In this document: positions 51,424 through 61,932 of the stretch, one piece after another
How the letters are laid out: each line of letters opens with the position of its first letter
How positions within the stretch are numbered: position 1 is the first letter of the stretch
Assembly (NCBI GenBank): GCA_963707025.1
Contig: CAVPOM010000014.1
Coordinates: 32,001 to 96,000, forward strand
Direction: 5' to 3'
Length of the DNA stretch: 64,000 bases
From: an uncultured Verrucomicrobiae bacterium
GTDB lineage: Bacteria; Verrucomicrobiota; Verrucomicrobiia; Limisphaerales; Palsa-1400
Translations under genes and position numbers: made by a program
The notes under the pieces: model-generated
Seen by the model: only the letters and a program-made list of their open reading frames with translations
Databases searched by the model: none
What the model was told of the DNA's origin: nothing

Positions 51424-52387
51424 ATGCCGCCCATTCTCATTGCCACGCGGGGCAGCGCCCTGGCCCTGGCCCAGGCCGGCGCGGTGCTGGCCCAATGCCG
51501 GAAAAAATTCCCCCGGCTTGCCTTCGAGCTGAAAATCATCAAGACCACGGGCGACCGGTTGCAGACCGCCCGTCCCGCCGCCGCAGCCGCCCTGGCCGCG
51601 CGCGCCCTTTTCACAAAGGAACTGGAGGCCGCCTTGCTCCAGGACCGGGCCGATGTGGCCGTCCACAGCTTGAAAGACCTGCCCACCGAGTTGCCGGAGG
51701 GCTTGCAACTGGCCGCCGTGGCCGGGAGGCGCGCCGACGTGCGCGACGTTCTAGTCTATCGTATTGACAACGGTTCTCGTCCCGCGGATGAGGCTCTCCG
51801 ATTTCCCCCCCGGCCTGACGGTCGCGACCGGCAGCGCGCGCCGCCAGACCCAGCTTTTGGCCCTGCGCCCGGATTTCCTGACCGTGCCGATCCGCGGCAA
51901 TGTCCCGACCCGTTTGCAGAAACTGCTGGAACAGCCCAGCATGGACGGCACCCTTCTGGCCGCCGCCGGTCTGGATCGGCTGGGCATCCGCCTGGCCCCG
52001 ATGGGTCTGCTGCGCGGCGGCGGCGTGCCCGGGGATCTGGCCGCTTACCTTTTCGAGCCGCACCTCATGCTGCCCTGTGTGGGCCAGGGCGCGATTGGCC
52101 TGGAAATTCGGGAAAAGGACCGGCGCATGGCGGAGATTTGCCGCGAACTCAATCACCATGACACCTTTCAATGTGTGGCCGCCGAACGCGCCTTTCTCCA
52201 TGCCATGGGCGGCGGCTGTCAAACACCCATTGGCGCTTATGCCTGCGTCACCGGCGGTCAGATTCATTTGCGCGCGGTGGCGCACTTGACCCAGCATGTC
52301 CAGCGCGCCGAAGGAAAAAGCGGCCTGACCGGCGCGGTTGCCTTGGGCCGGGAAGTTGCCGGCCAACTGCGGCGGGCGGTTTCATAA
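51424..52387 (+). CDS. hemC: Hydroxymethylbilane synthase; frameshift near 51770
   Basis: IATRGSALALAQ, FTKELE, VHSLKDLPT, then TGSARR, IRGNVPTRL, GGGCQTPIG. Confidence 0.93.
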
Positions 52388-52396
52388 AGAGCGGCC

Positions 52397-53923
52397 ATGA
52401 AATCCACCGGGACAGTTTACCTGGTCGGCGCCGGTCCCGGCGACACCGGGTTGATGACGTTGCGCGGCGCTGAATTGCTCGGGCGGGCCGATGTGGTGGT
52501 TTACGACGCTCTGATCAACGGCGACATTCTCGCCCTGGCTCCTCCTGGCGCGGAAATGATTTATGCCGGCAAACGTTCCGGCGATCACGCCATGCCGCAG
52601 GAACAACTCAACCAATTGCTGGTGGACAAGGCCCGCGCCGGCCAGCGCGTCGTCCGGCTCAAGGGAGGCGACCCTTATGTTTTTGGACGCGGCGGCGAGG
52701 AAGCCCAGGCGCTGGCGGAGGCGCATATCCCTTTTCAAGTTGTCCCCGGCGTTTCCTCCATTTACGCCGCCCCCAATTACGCTGGCATTCCCATAACCCA
52801 CCGCGACCATTGTTCCAGCTTCACCGTTTTCACCGGCCACGAAGACCCGGACAAAAACGAAGCGGGCGCGGATTGGGCGCAAGCGGCCAAAATTCCCGGC
52901 ACCAAAATCATTCTCATGGGCGTGACCCGCATCCGCCAAATCGCCCGGGCGCTGACCGCCCACGGCCTGGATGAAAACACCCCGGTGGCCATGATCCGAT
53001 GGGGGACCACCGGGCGCCAGCAAACCATCCAAGGCACCTTGCAAACCATCGCGGACGTGGTGGAGCGGGCCCGCTTCAAACCTCCCGCCCTGACCATCAT
53101 CGGCCAGGTCGTCCAATTGCGGCCCAAGCTCAATTGGTTCGAGCAACTTCCTCTGTTTGGCCGGCGCATGGTGGTGACGCGCACCCGCGCCCAGGCCAGC
53201 CAGTTGTCCCGCCAATTGCTCGACCGCGGCGCCGACGTGCTGGAAATTCCGACCATCCGCCTCGAGCCGCCCACGGAGCGCCTGGCCCTGGCCGACGCCC
53301 TGCTCGAACTCAATTCTTACGACTGGCTGATCTTCACCAGCCCCAACGGCGTCGCCACATTTTTCGAGTATTTCTTCAAGGTGTTTGAAGACCTGCGCGA
53401 CATCGGCGGCGTGCGCATTGCCGCCGTCGGCCCGGCCACCGCCGCCAAACTTCAGGAGTTGCATCTCAAGGTGGACCTGACCCCGCCGGATTACATCGCC
53501 TCCGGCATCGCCGCGGCGCTGGCCAAATACGAGAGCGTCGAGAATTTGAAAATCCTGCTCCTGCGCGCCGAAGTGGCCGGAAAGGAGCTTCCCCAAATGC
53601 TCGAGGAAATGGGGGCCATTGTGGACGACACCGCCTGTTACAAAACCGTTCCCGAAACGGAGGACCGCAACGGCGCCGCCGCCCGTCTGCTCAAGGACGG
53701 CGCGGACTGGATCACCTTTGCCAGCGGTTCCGCCGTGGAGAATTTTCACGCCCGCTTCAATCTGAACCAGTTGTTGACACAACACCCCAAAATCAAATTC
53801 GCCTCCATCGGCCCCGAAACCAGCAAAGCCATCGCGGCTCTGGGCTTGAAAGCCGCGCTCGAAGCCAGGGAGCACACCATCCCCGGCCTGGTCAAAGCCC
53901 TGGAAAAGGCGGCGCGCGAATGA
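52397..53923 (+). CDS. cobA: Fused uroporphyrinogen-III C-methyltransferase / uroporphyrinogen-III synthase (CobA-HemD)
   Basis: VYLVGAGPGD, RLKGGDPYVFGRGGEE, then PLFGRRMVVTR...FTSPNGV...SIGPET. Confidence 0.95.
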   Translation: MKSTGTVYLVGAGPGDTGLMTLRGAELLGRADVVVYDALINGDILALAPPGAEMIYAGKRSGDHAMPQEQLNQLLVDKARAGQRVVRLKGGDPYVFGRGGEEAQALAEAHIPFQVVPGVSSIYAAPNYAGIPITHRDHCSSFTVFTGHEDPDKNEAGADWAQAAKIPGTKIILMGVTRIRQIARALTAHGLDENTPVAMIRWGTTGRQQTIQGTLQTIADVVERARFKPPALTIIGQVVQLRPKLNWFEQLPLFGRRMVVTRTRAQASQLSRQLLDRGADVLEIPTIRLEPPTERLALADALLELNSYDWLIFTSPNGVATFFEYFFKVFEDLRDIGGVRIAAVGPATAAKLQELHLKVDLTPPDYIASGIAAALAKYESVENLKILLLRAEVAGKELPQMLEEMGAIVDDTACYKTVPETEDRNGAAARLLKDGADWITFASGSAVENFHARFNLNQLLTQHPKIKFASIGPETSKAIAALGLKAALEAREHTIPGLVKALEKAARE

Positions 53924-53936
53924 CCTCATCCTGGGT

Positions 53937-53959
53937 GGCACAGGCGACCCGCCTGTGCC
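53937..53959. terminator. Hairpin between convergent genes (terminator or REP-like)
   Basis: ggcacaggcg-acc-cgcctgtgcc. Confidence 0.55.
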
Positions 53960-53984
53960 GGCCTTGCGGTCTGAATTATCCGGG

Positions 53985-55400
53985 CTAAACACACTGCGTC
54001 AGCCGCGCGCCCTGGCGGATGAGCGCGGCGGCGGCGGCGGGCGATTTGGCCTCGGCGTAGATGCGCAGGACCGGCTCGGTGCCGGAACCGCGCAGCATCA
54101 GCCACGCCCCCTCGCGGGAAATTAGTTTGACGCCGTCGAAGGATTTGATTTCGGCCAGCGGGGAGCCGAGCAGCCCGGGCGGCGGATGGGTTCGGCAGTG
54201 TTCCATCAGGGCGGCGCGTTTTTCCAGCGGGAAATGGGTGTCCAGCCGCGCGTAATGATGCGGGCCGAACTGCCTCTCCAGGCGGCGCAGCAGTTGGTTG
54301 ACGGAAACGCGCTCGGTGGCGAGCAATTCCAGCAGCATCATGCCGGCGGCGATGCCGTCGCGTTCCGGCATCAGTTCGGGGAATCCGATGCCGCCGCTTT
54401 CCTCAAAGCCGAGCAGCGTGTTGCCCTTGAGCATTTCCGCGCAGATATATTTGAACCCGACGCCGGTCTCCACCAGTTCCAGGCCGTAGTGGGCGCACAT
54501 CTTGTCCACCATGGAAGTCGTGGTGAGCGCCTTGATGACCCGTCCCCTGCCCCGCCGATTGACAATGAAATGATGCAGCAGCAAACAAATAATTTGATGG
54601 GTGGTCAAAGGCCGGCCCCGCCCGTCCATCCCGCCCACCCGGTCGGCATCGCCATCGGTCACCAGGCAAATGTCGTGGGGATGCTTTTGCAGCCAGGCGG
54701 AACTGGCGGCGTAATTTTGCGCGACCGGTTCGGGATTCACGCCGCCGAAATTGGGGTCATGCCGCCCATCCAGCGTGGTGACGCGACAGGTGGTGCCGCG
54801 CAACAACTGCTCAAAACAGCCCGCTCCCACCCCAAAGAGAGCCTCGTGGGCGAAGCGCAGCCTGGAGCGGGCGATCAATTTGAAGTCAACCATCCGTTTA
54901 ATCGCCCGGAAAAGAGCGGGCCGCAGATCGCGCACCTGCAGCCGCCCGGCGCGGATGGCCCCGGCCGCGCCGGCGGCGCGCACGGGGTTTTGGTCCAGCA
55001 GCCTTTCCACCGCCTGGCAAAGGGGCGCCTCGGCCGACCCGCCGTAGTGCGCCTTGATTTTGAAGCCGTTGAACATGGGCGGATTATGGCTGGCGGTGAT
55101 CATGACGCCGCCCGCCGCCTTTTGTGTCTTGACAGCAAAGGAAACCGCCGGAGTGGGGGTGGGGCCGGCGCTCAACACCACCTCGAACCCGTTTCCGGCC
55201 AAAACTTCCGCCACACGCCGGCCAAATTGATCGGAAAGAAACCGGCGGTCGTAGCCGACGATGATCCTCTTTTCCGTGCCGGCCACCGGAGAGCCGTTCC
55301 AAAAATCGGCGGCGGCCTGGCTGACCCGGTCCAGGTTGTGGAAGGTGAAATCCCCGGCGATCACAGCCCGCCAGCCATCGGTTCCGAAGTTGATGCTCAT
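53985..55400 (-). CDS. Phosphoglucomutase/phosphomannomutase
   Basis: FGTDGWR, ITASHNP, DGDADR, FEESGG, RGSGTEP. Confidence 0.95.
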   Translation of the reverse strand: MSINFGTDGWRAVIAGDFTFHNLDRVSQAAADFWNGSPVAGTEKRIIVGYDRRFLSDQFGRRVAEVLAGNGFEVVLSAGPTPTPAVSFAVKTQKAAGGVMITASHNPPMFNGFKIKAHYGGSAEAPLCQAVERLLDQNPVRAAGAAGAIRAGRLQVRDLRPALFRAIKRMVDFKLIARSRLRFAHEALFGVGAGCFEQLLRGTTCRVTTLDGRHDPNFGGVNPEPVAQNYAASSAWLQKHPHDICLVTDGDADRVGGMDGRGRPLTTHQIICLLLHHFIVNRRGRGRVIKALTTTSMVDKMCAHYGLELVETGVGFKYICAEMLKGNTLLGFEESGGIGFPELMPERDGIAAGMMLLELLATERVSVNQLLRRLERQFGPHHYARLDTHFPLEKRAALMEHCRTHPPPGLLGSPLAEIKSFDGVKLISREGAWLMLRGSGTEPVLRIYAEAKSPAAAAALIRQGARLTQCV

Positions 55401-55407
55401 GCCGGAT

Positions 55408-56079
55408 TCATGGGCCAGGTTGAGCCGCCGCCCCGGCCAGTTTCCTCAATTTGGCGACGGCCGCCTTCAGGTTGGCCCGGTGGAAAAGACCGGTGCCGCT
55501 GATGAAGGTGTCCGCCCCCGCCGTGGCACACTGGGCGACGGTCTGGCAATCCACGCCGCCATCCACCGCGATGCGGCAGGCCAGGCCGCGTTCGCGCCGC
55601 CAGGCGGCCGCCTGCTGGATTTTAGGCAGCGTTTCGGTGATGAACGGCTGCCCGCCGTAACCCGGATTGACCGTCATGACCAGCAGCGAATCCACCTGGT
55701 CCAGAAACGGCTCGACCGCCTGCATGGCGGTGGGCGGATTGATGGCCAGGCCAATTTGCTTGTGCAACGAACGAATTTTCCAAATCAACGCCGTGACCTG
55801 CGGTCCCAGCTCCACATGAACGGTCAGGCGGTCCGCCCCGGCCCGGGCAAAGGGTTCGAGCAGGATTTCCGGGCGCGAGCACATGAGGTGAACGTCAAAT
55901 ATAAGTTTGTTCAGCGGCCGGACCGCCTCGACCACGGCCGGCCCGAAGGAAAGGTTGGGCACGAAATGGCCGTCCATGATGTCCAGGTGCAGCCAGTCCG
56001 CCCCGGACCGGTCCACGCGGGCGGCTTCCTGGCCGAGCCTGGTAAAATTGGACGCCAGGAGCGAGGCAGCAATAATCAT
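55408..56079 (-). CDS. rpe: Ribulose-phosphate 3-epimerase
   Basis: HLDIMDGHFVPN, DVHLM, MTVNPGYGGQ, VDGG; start M at 56079. Confidence 0.95.
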   Translation of the reverse strand: MIIAASLLASNFTRLGQEAARVDRSGADWLHLDIMDGHFVPNLSFGPAVVEAVRPLNKLIFDVHLMCSRPEILLEPFARAGADRLTVHVELGPQVTALIWKIRSLHKQIGLAINPPTAMQAVEPFLDQVDSLLVMTVNPGYGGQPFITETLPKIQQAAAWRRERGLACRIAVDGGVDCQTVAQCATAGADTFISGTGLFHRANLKAAVAKLRKLAGAAAQPGP

Positions 56080-56299
56080 CGGGGCGAAGCGTAATGAAAC
56101 CCGCCCCGTCCCGTCAACCGGCATTCCCGCCCGCGACCGGACAATGCGAAATGAAGAATGCAGAATGCAGAATGAAGAGGCGAGTTTAATGGCTCTGGCA
56201 CGGGAGAACCATGAACCTGGAACGGCGAACGAAACTCGTGGTTGCATCTGCCTACCGGCTTGATTGACATGCCCCCTCTACTATTGCCACCATGCCCGC

Positions 56300-57535
56300 A
56301 TGAGAAAGGTTTCCTCTTTGGCCCTGATCCTGGCCGCGGCGATGCTCTGCGCCTCGGCCCGCGCCGCAGATTGGCCGTGCTTTCGCGGCCCGAACCACAA
56401 CGGCATTTCGGCGGAGACGGGATGGCTGGTGCAATGGCCGGCGGAGGGACCCAAACCACTTTGGAAAGCATCCATTGGCCTGGGCTATGCCGCGATCACT
56501 GTCGCCAATGGCCGGGCGTACGCTGCCGGAAACGCGGGCGACACCGCCACGCTGTATTGTTTCGATGCCGACACGGGCCACAATCTCTGGAGATTCTCCT
56601 GCGCCAATCAGATTCTGAATGATTATAGCAAACCCAAAGGAATGGGAGGCGCGAGCGGCTCGCCCGCCATTGAGGGCGACCGGGTTTATCTGATGAGCGG
56701 AGACGGCTGCTTGTTCGCCTTGGAAACGCAGAGCGGGGCGATAGTTTGGTCCAACAACCTCGTCGTGGAACTGGGCCTGATCAAGCCGCACTGGGGATTC
56801 ACCGGTTCTCCACTGGTGCAGGATAATTTGCTGGTGGTTGACGCCGGCGGTTCGGGCACGGCGGTGGATAAAAGCAGCGGCAAGGTCGTGTGGACTTCAG
56901 ACAAGGCCATATCGGGTTATTCGACGCCGGTGCCCTGTTCCTTCAACGGCACCCCGGCCGTCGCCATTCTTTCGGTGGACACGGCCTGCGCAGTGGAGAC
57001 AAAAACCGGCAAAGCCATCTGGAGTTTTCCCTTTAAAACGCAGAACAACCTCAACATCGCCGACGTGGTTGTTTCCAACAACAACTTTTTCGTGTCCTCC
57101 GGCTACAACCACGGCGGGGTCATGGCCAGTTTCGATGGCACGAACGCCAGGCAGGTCTGGGCCAACCCGGGTTTCGCCAACCACATCAATTCGTCTATTC
57201 TGATTGACGGCTATTTGTATGGCGTGGCGGGAATGGTCAATGGCGGCGCCCAGTCTGCCGTTTTGCAGTGCGTTGAATTCGCGACCGGCGCTCAAAAGTG
57301 GAGTTATGCGGGGCTGGGCGGCGGCGGATTGATCGTGGCCGATCACAAAATCATCATGTTGAGCGACACGGGCGAACTGGTGGTGGGCGAGGCTTCCCCC
57401 GCGGCGTTCGCCCCGATTTGCCGCGCCCGGGTTCTCAAGGAGTGGTGCTGGACGGCTCCCACCCTGGCCAACGGCCGCATTTACTGCCGCAACAACCAAG
57501 GCGACCTGGTTTGCCTGGACGTGAAAGCCCCTTGA
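56300..57535 (+). CDS. PQQ-like beta-propeller repeat protein
   Basis: ADWPCFRGP, repeated (D/E)xxTGxxxW blades, WTAPTLANGRIYCRN. Confidence 0.9.
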   Translation: MRKVSSLALILAAAMLCASARAADWPCFRGPNHNGISAETGWLVQWPAEGPKPLWKASIGLGYAAITVANGRAYAAGNAGDTATLYCFDADTGHNLWRFSCANQILNDYSKPKGMGGASGSPAIEGDRVYLMSGDGCLFALETQSGAIVWSNNLVVELGLIKPHWGFTGSPLVQDNLLVVDAGGSGTAVDKSSGKVVWTSDKAISGYSTPVPCSFNGTPAVAILSVDTACAVETKTGKAIWSFPFKTQNNLNIADVVVSNNNFFVSSGYNHGGVMASFDGTNARQVWANPGFANHINSSILIDGYLYGVAGMVNGGAQSAVLQCVEFATGAQKWSYAGLGGGGLIVADHKIIMLSDTGELVVGEASPAAFAPICRARVLKEWCWTAPTLANGRIYCRNNQGDLVCLDVKAP

Positions 57536-57630
57536 CGGTTCGGAAGCGGGCAAAGTCGAGGACCTTCTCCTGCGACGAAAGGGAGAATTGTTTCCAACGA
57601 AGTGGGGATTTTGAGGCGCCCCGCGAAAAC

Positions 57631-59655
57631 TCACACCGGGGCGGGCGCGGGGGTGCCGTAGCCGGGAAGCTTGGGCGGGAGCGGCTTGGGCACGTCGGTC
57701 AGGGGCGTGGCGGCGATGGCGCCGGAAGGCGGATCCACCTTCGGGGCCGGCGGCGGCGGGGTAAAGGTGCCGGTGGCCACGATCTGCTTGACTTGTTCGC
57801 CGTCCAGCGATTCGTATTCCAAGAGGGCGTTGGCGATGATTTCCAATTTGTCGCGATTGGCCTCAATGAGGCTCTTGGCCCTTTGATAGGCCTCGTTGAT
57901 GATGCGCTTGACTTCCGTGTCGATTTCCTGGGCGGTAAATTCGCTGTAATCCTGGCGCTGCACCATGTCCCGGCCCATAAACACCCGGTCGCCGTCGTTG
58001 CCGTATTGCACCATGCCCAGTTTGTCGCTCATGCCCCACTGGCAAACCATGGAGTGGGCCACGGCGGTGGCTTGCTGGATGTCGCCGGCGGCGCCGCTGG
58101 AAATATCGCCCGAGGTCAATTCTTCGGCAATGCGGCCGGCCATCATGACGGCGATTAAATCGAGCATTTGCTTGCGGCGATGGGCCAGGACGTCGTCCTC
58201 GGGCAGGGACATGGTGGAACCGAGGGTCTGGCCGCGCGGAATAATGGTTACTTTATGGAGGGGATACGTATGTTCGAGCATGACACTGACCAGGGCATGG
58301 CCGGCCTCGTGCCAGGCGGTGCATTTCTTGTCCTCTTCGGTCATGGCCATGCTGCGGCGCTCGCGCCCCATGCGGACTTTGACGCGGGCTTCCTCCAGTT
58401 CGGGAGTGCCGATGGTTTTTTTGTTCATGCGAGCGGCGAGGAGGGCGGCTTCATTGAGGAGATTGGCCAGATCGGCTCCGGAGTAACCGGGAGTGCCGCG
58501 GGCGATGACGGCCAGATTGGCCGAAGCATCCAGTTTGACGTTGCGGGCGTGGACTTTCAAAATGGCTTCGCGCCCGCGCACGTCGGGAAGGTTGACCATG
58601 ATTTGGCGGTCAAAACGACCGGGCCGCAACAAGGCCGGGTCCAGCACATCGGGACGGTTGGTGGCGGCAATGATGATGATGCCATCCTGCGTGTCAAACC
58701 CATCCATCTCGACGAGCAAGGCGTTGAGGGTCTGTTCCCGTTCGTCGTTGCCACCGCCCCAGCCGTGACCTCGGCTGCGCCCCACCGCGTCAATTTCATC
58801 AATAAAAATCAAGCAGGGGACGTTTTTGCGGGCTTGCTCGAACATGTCGCGCACGCGGCTGGCGCCGACGCCGACAAACATTTCCACAAAGTCCGAACCG
58901 CTGATGCTGAAGAAGGAGGCGTCGGCTTCCCCCGCAATGGCCTTGGCCAGGAGGGTCTTGCCCGTGCCGGGAGCGCCCACCATGAGGATGCCCTTGGGAA
59001 TGCGCCCGCCGAGCTTTTGAAATTTCTTCGGGTCCTTGAGAAATTCGACCAGTTCGGAGACCTCCTCCTTGGCTTCCTCCACGCCGGCGACGTCCTTGAA
59101 AGTGATTTTGTTGCGCTCCTTGTTCAACATGCGGGCGCGGCTCTTGCCAAAGCTGAGGGCGCCTTTGCCGGCCATCTTGATCTGGCGGATGATGAAGAAG
59201 TAAATGACGCCCAGAATCAGGGCGATGGGCAGCAACTGGTAAAGCAGCCCCACCATCAAATTATTGCCTTTGGCGAATTGGAATTGCCCCGAATCCATCA
59301 ACTTGGTGGTGACGGTGTCGGGCAAGGCGGTCTCCAGACTGAACTTGGTGGTGGTTTTGGTCTGGCCGGGTGGATCGTAGAAACTGCCGGTGATTCTTTT
59401 CAGGTCGGGTGAATCCAAGCCGTAGATGATTTTGCCGGAGCCGGGCACCAGGTTGTTCTTGTCCAGTTGATCCTTCAGTTGGGTCCAAAGGGTGAATTCC
59501 TTGACCGGCTGCTCGGTGGTTTTGTTGATGAGGAAGAAGACCAGGACCAGGGAAATAATGCCTGTCCAGAGAAGCACGGTGCGCTGCGGGATGCGCACAT
59601 CTCCGTTGCGTTTATCGTTCCGATCCGGCTCGGTTGGGCGGTTCAAATCAGCCAT
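57631..59655 (-). CDS. ftsH: ATP-dependent zinc metalloprotease FtsH
   Basis: Two TM helices, [19 protein letters not shown]. Confidence 0.97.
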   Translation of the reverse strand: MADLNRPTEPDRNDKRNGDVRIPQRTVLLWTGIISLVLVFFLINKTTEQPVKEFTLWTQLKDQLDKNNLVPGSGKIIYGLDSPDLKRITGSFYDPPGQTKTTTKFSLETALPDTVTTKLMDSGQFQFAKGNNLMVGLLYQLLPIALILGVIYFFIIRQIKMAGKGALSFGKSRARMLNKERNKITFKDVAGVEEAKEEVSELVEFLKDPKKFQKLGGRIPKGILMVGAPGTGKTLLAKAIAGEADASFFSISGSDFVEMFVGVGASRVRDMFEQARKNVPCLIFIDEIDAVGRSRGHGWGGGNDEREQTLNALLVEMDGFDTQDGIIIIAATNRPDVLDPALLRPGRFDRQIMVNLPDVRGREAILKVHARNVKLDASANLAVIARGTPGYSGADLANLLNEAALLAARMNKKTIGTPELEEARVKVRMGRERRSMAMTEEDKKCTAWHEAGHALVSVMLEHTYPLHKVTIIPRGQTLGSTMSLPEDDVLAHRRKQMLDLIAVMMAGRIAEELTSGDISSGAAGDIQQATAVAHSMVCQWGMSDKLGMVQYGNDGDRVFMGRDMVQRQDYSEFTAQEIDTEVKRIINEAYQRAKSLIEANRDKLEIIANALLEYESLDGEQVKQIVATGTFTPPPPAPKVDPPSGAIAATPLTDVPKPLPPKLPGYGTPAPAPV

Positions 59656-59676
59656 GTTATGTAAAGTTACTGGTTA

Positions 59677-59705
59677 AGAGTATCATGGGCCGGTCAAAGC
59701 CGCAA
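59677..59705 (-). promoter_or_regulatory. Putative sigma70 promoter for ftsH overlapping the tilS stop
   Basis: TTGCGG-N17-TACTCT with an extended -10 TGn. Confidence 0.5.
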
Positions 59706-61088
59706 CCCCGACTTGTCAAATCCTCCGGCGCGCTCCCAGCTCCAATTCAACCGGCGGAGGGTGGTTTTGTCGAGCTTAAAACCCTCGGCGATGCGCAGCC
59801 CCTCCACCCAGAAGATCTCGCCCCGGCCGGTGGCCGCGACGACGCGGCGGCGGCGTTCGGCGCGGGGCACTTTGAGGTTGGTGAAAATGTCCTGAAGTTT
59901 GGCCGGCGCGGCGGCGCCGATGAGGTGGAAACGGTCGCCCGGCCGCCAGTGGCGCAGACAAATCCGCGGGCCAACCTTGTCGGCATCAAAACACTCCAGA
60001 TCGGGCCGCCGGGCACAGTTCATCCCAGTGGTATCGGCCAGTTCCCAGGAAACCTTGAACTGGCGGAAATCGGCGCTGCGGCGGCGGCGGTTCAAATTCA
60101 GGCGCAGGGAGGCGGCATCGAAGCGGGTTCTTTCCACTTTTTGGAGCCGCACCAGCCCGTCGGCCGCCAGGATGAAGCAGTAGCCGGGGCGGGCGGGGAC
60201 AGGCTGATTTGGCCTGGTTCGCAAGCGCTCCACCAGTTCAAAATCCGCCGGCTGCTCCAGTTTGTAGAGTTGTTCCCGGATGACTTGTCGTTGCACGGCG
60301 ACGGGCAGGAGGGCCCACGGCTTCCGGCGCCGGCGGGCCAGCCATTGGGAAGCCAAATCCAATACAAGGTCCGCCTCGGCCCGGGCCAACTCCATCTCGC
60401 GAAGAACGCATCGTCCCAGGGCGGGCTGGTACCTGGCCCGCAACAAGGGCAGCAATTCATGGCGGACACGATTGCGCAGGATGTCCAGGCTGGCATTGCT
60501 GGCGTCTTCGGAAAACGGGACGCCCTGGGCGCGCGCATAGTCTGCCAAGTCGGATTTCGACAGGCCGAGCAAGGGCCGGACCAGGGTGATGCTTTGGCCA
60601 ACCGGCGAGCTGCTCCACTTCATGCCGGCCAGCCCCGCGCTGCCGGCGCCGCGCAGGACGCGCAGGAAAAACAATTCCACCTGGTCGTCGGCGTGGTGGG
60701 CCGTGGCCACGGTGGCCAGGCCGCGCTGTCTGGCGGCGCGGGCCAGGAAGGCATGGCGCAAGTCCCGCGCGGCCATTTCCACCGACCATCCGCGCCGCCG
60801 GGCCACGGTCTTGACTGCGGCGCGCCCCACCACCACCGGCCAGCCGAGGGCCTTGGCCTGGCGGCGGACAAGCTGTTCGTCGGCCTGGCTGGCCCGGCCG
60901 CGCAACTGATGGTTAAAGTGCGCCACCGTGAGCTGCCAGCGATGGGCGGCGGCCAGGCGATGAAGCAACGCCAGCAGCACCATCGAATCCAGCCCGCCGG
61001 AAACGGCGACCAGAATCTTTTGGCCGTCGCGGAAAAGTTTCTCCGCGCGAATCACCGCTTCGACTTGCTGTGGCAGATCCGGCTTCAA
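59694..61088 (-). CDS. tilS: tRNA(Ile)-lysidine synthetase
   Basis: AVSGGLDS, HFNHQLRG, TAHHADDQVE, RNRVRHELLP; probable TTG start at 61088; tilS-ftsH synteny. Confidence 0.95.
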   Translation of the reverse strand: MKPDLPQQVEAVIRAEKLFRDGQKILVAVSGGLDSMVLLALLHRLAAAHRWQLTVAHFNHQLRGRASQADEQLVRRQAKALGWPVVVGRAAVKTVARRRGWSVEMAARDLRHAFLARAARQRGLATVATAHHADDQVELFFLRVLRGAGSAGLAGMKWSSSPVGQSITLVRPLLGLSKSDLADYARAQGVPFSEDASNASLDILRNRVRHELLPLLRARYQPALGRCVLREMELARAEADLVLDLASQWLARRRRKPWALLPVAVQRQVIREQLYKLEQPADFELVERLRTRPNQPVPARPGYCFILAADGLVRLQKVERTRFDAASLRLNLNRRRRSADFRQFKVSWELADTTGMNCARRPDLECFDADKVGPRICLRHWRPGDRFHLIGAAAPAKLQDIFTNLKVPRAERRRRVVAATGRGEIFWVEGLRIAEGFKLDKTTLRRLNWSWERAGGFDKSGLRL

Positions 61089-61140
61089 GGCTGGCAGTTT
61101 AAAGTTTAAAGTTTCGTGGAACAAGAAGTAGTATGGCCCC

Positions 61141-61932
61141 ATGAACGGCGTCCTTTCGCGCAACGGGCGGATCGGCTTGGTCGCGGGCGTGGCGCTGGCG
61201 GGGGCGGCCGTCTTTCTGCTGCTGCGCCCGCTGCGCCAGCCGGAGAGCTACCATCAGTTTATTGATGACAGGACCATCTGGGGAATCCCCAATTGCCTGA
61301 ACGTCCTGTCCAACGCCCCGTTCGCCATCGTCGGCGTCATGGGGTTGTGCTTTCTTGGGAAAAAGCGCGCGCCGCAGTCTGGCGGCGGCTTCCTGGAGGA
61401 GGGCGAGCGGCTGCCTCTGGCCGTCTTTTTCCTGGGCGCCTTCCTGACCTGTTTTGGATCGGGTTACTATCACTGGGCGCCAAACGACGCGACGCTGGCG
61501 TGGGACCGCCTGCCCATGACGCTGGCCTTTATGGCCCTCCTGGCCGCCGTGGCCGGCGAACGGATTGACGTGCGGGCCGGGTTGTGGCTGCTGTGGCCGC
61601 TGGTCATCGCGGGCGCGGCCACGGTCTGGTGGTGGCGGAGGACGGGGAATCTCTGGCCCTATGCGGGCGCGCAATACTTTTCCATCGTCCTGATCGTCCT
61701 GCTCCTGGTTCTTTTTCCGCCGCGCTACACGCGCAGCCTGGATCTGCTGTGGGTCATGGGGTTCTACCTCCTGGCCAAGGCGGCGGAAGCGCTCGACCGG
61801 CCCATTTTCGCATTGACAGGGTTTGTCAGCGGGCACACTGTCAAACATCTGATTGCGGCCGTGGCCGTTTACTGGGTCCTGAGGATGCTGCAAAAAAGGT
61901 CGGGCCTGGCCCCCTCCCGGCCGGCGCCTTAA
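61141..61932 (+). CDS. Alkaline ceramidase-like (CREST) membrane hydrolase
   Basis: NVLSNAPF, GSGYYH, WDRLPM, SGHTVKH; about 7 TM helices. Confidence 0.8.
   Translation: MNGVLSRNGRIGLVAGVALAGAAVFLLLRPLRQPESYHQFIDDRTIWGIPNCLNVLSNAPFAIVGVMGLCFLGKKRAPQSGGGFLEEGERLPLAVFFLGAFLTCFGSGYYHWAPNDATLAWDRLPMTLAFMALLAAVAGERIDVRAGLWLLWPLVIAGAATVWWWRRTGNLWPYAGAQYFSIVLIVLLLVLFPPRYTRSLDLLWVMGFYLLAKAAEALDRPIFALTGFVSGHTVKHLIAAVAVYWVLRMLQKRSGLAPSRPAP

Noticed and set aside
51750..51800. Programmed frameshift in hemC (and other split genes)
   Set aside because: No consistent slippery motif, and indels are spread over unrelated genes, which favours sequencing error.
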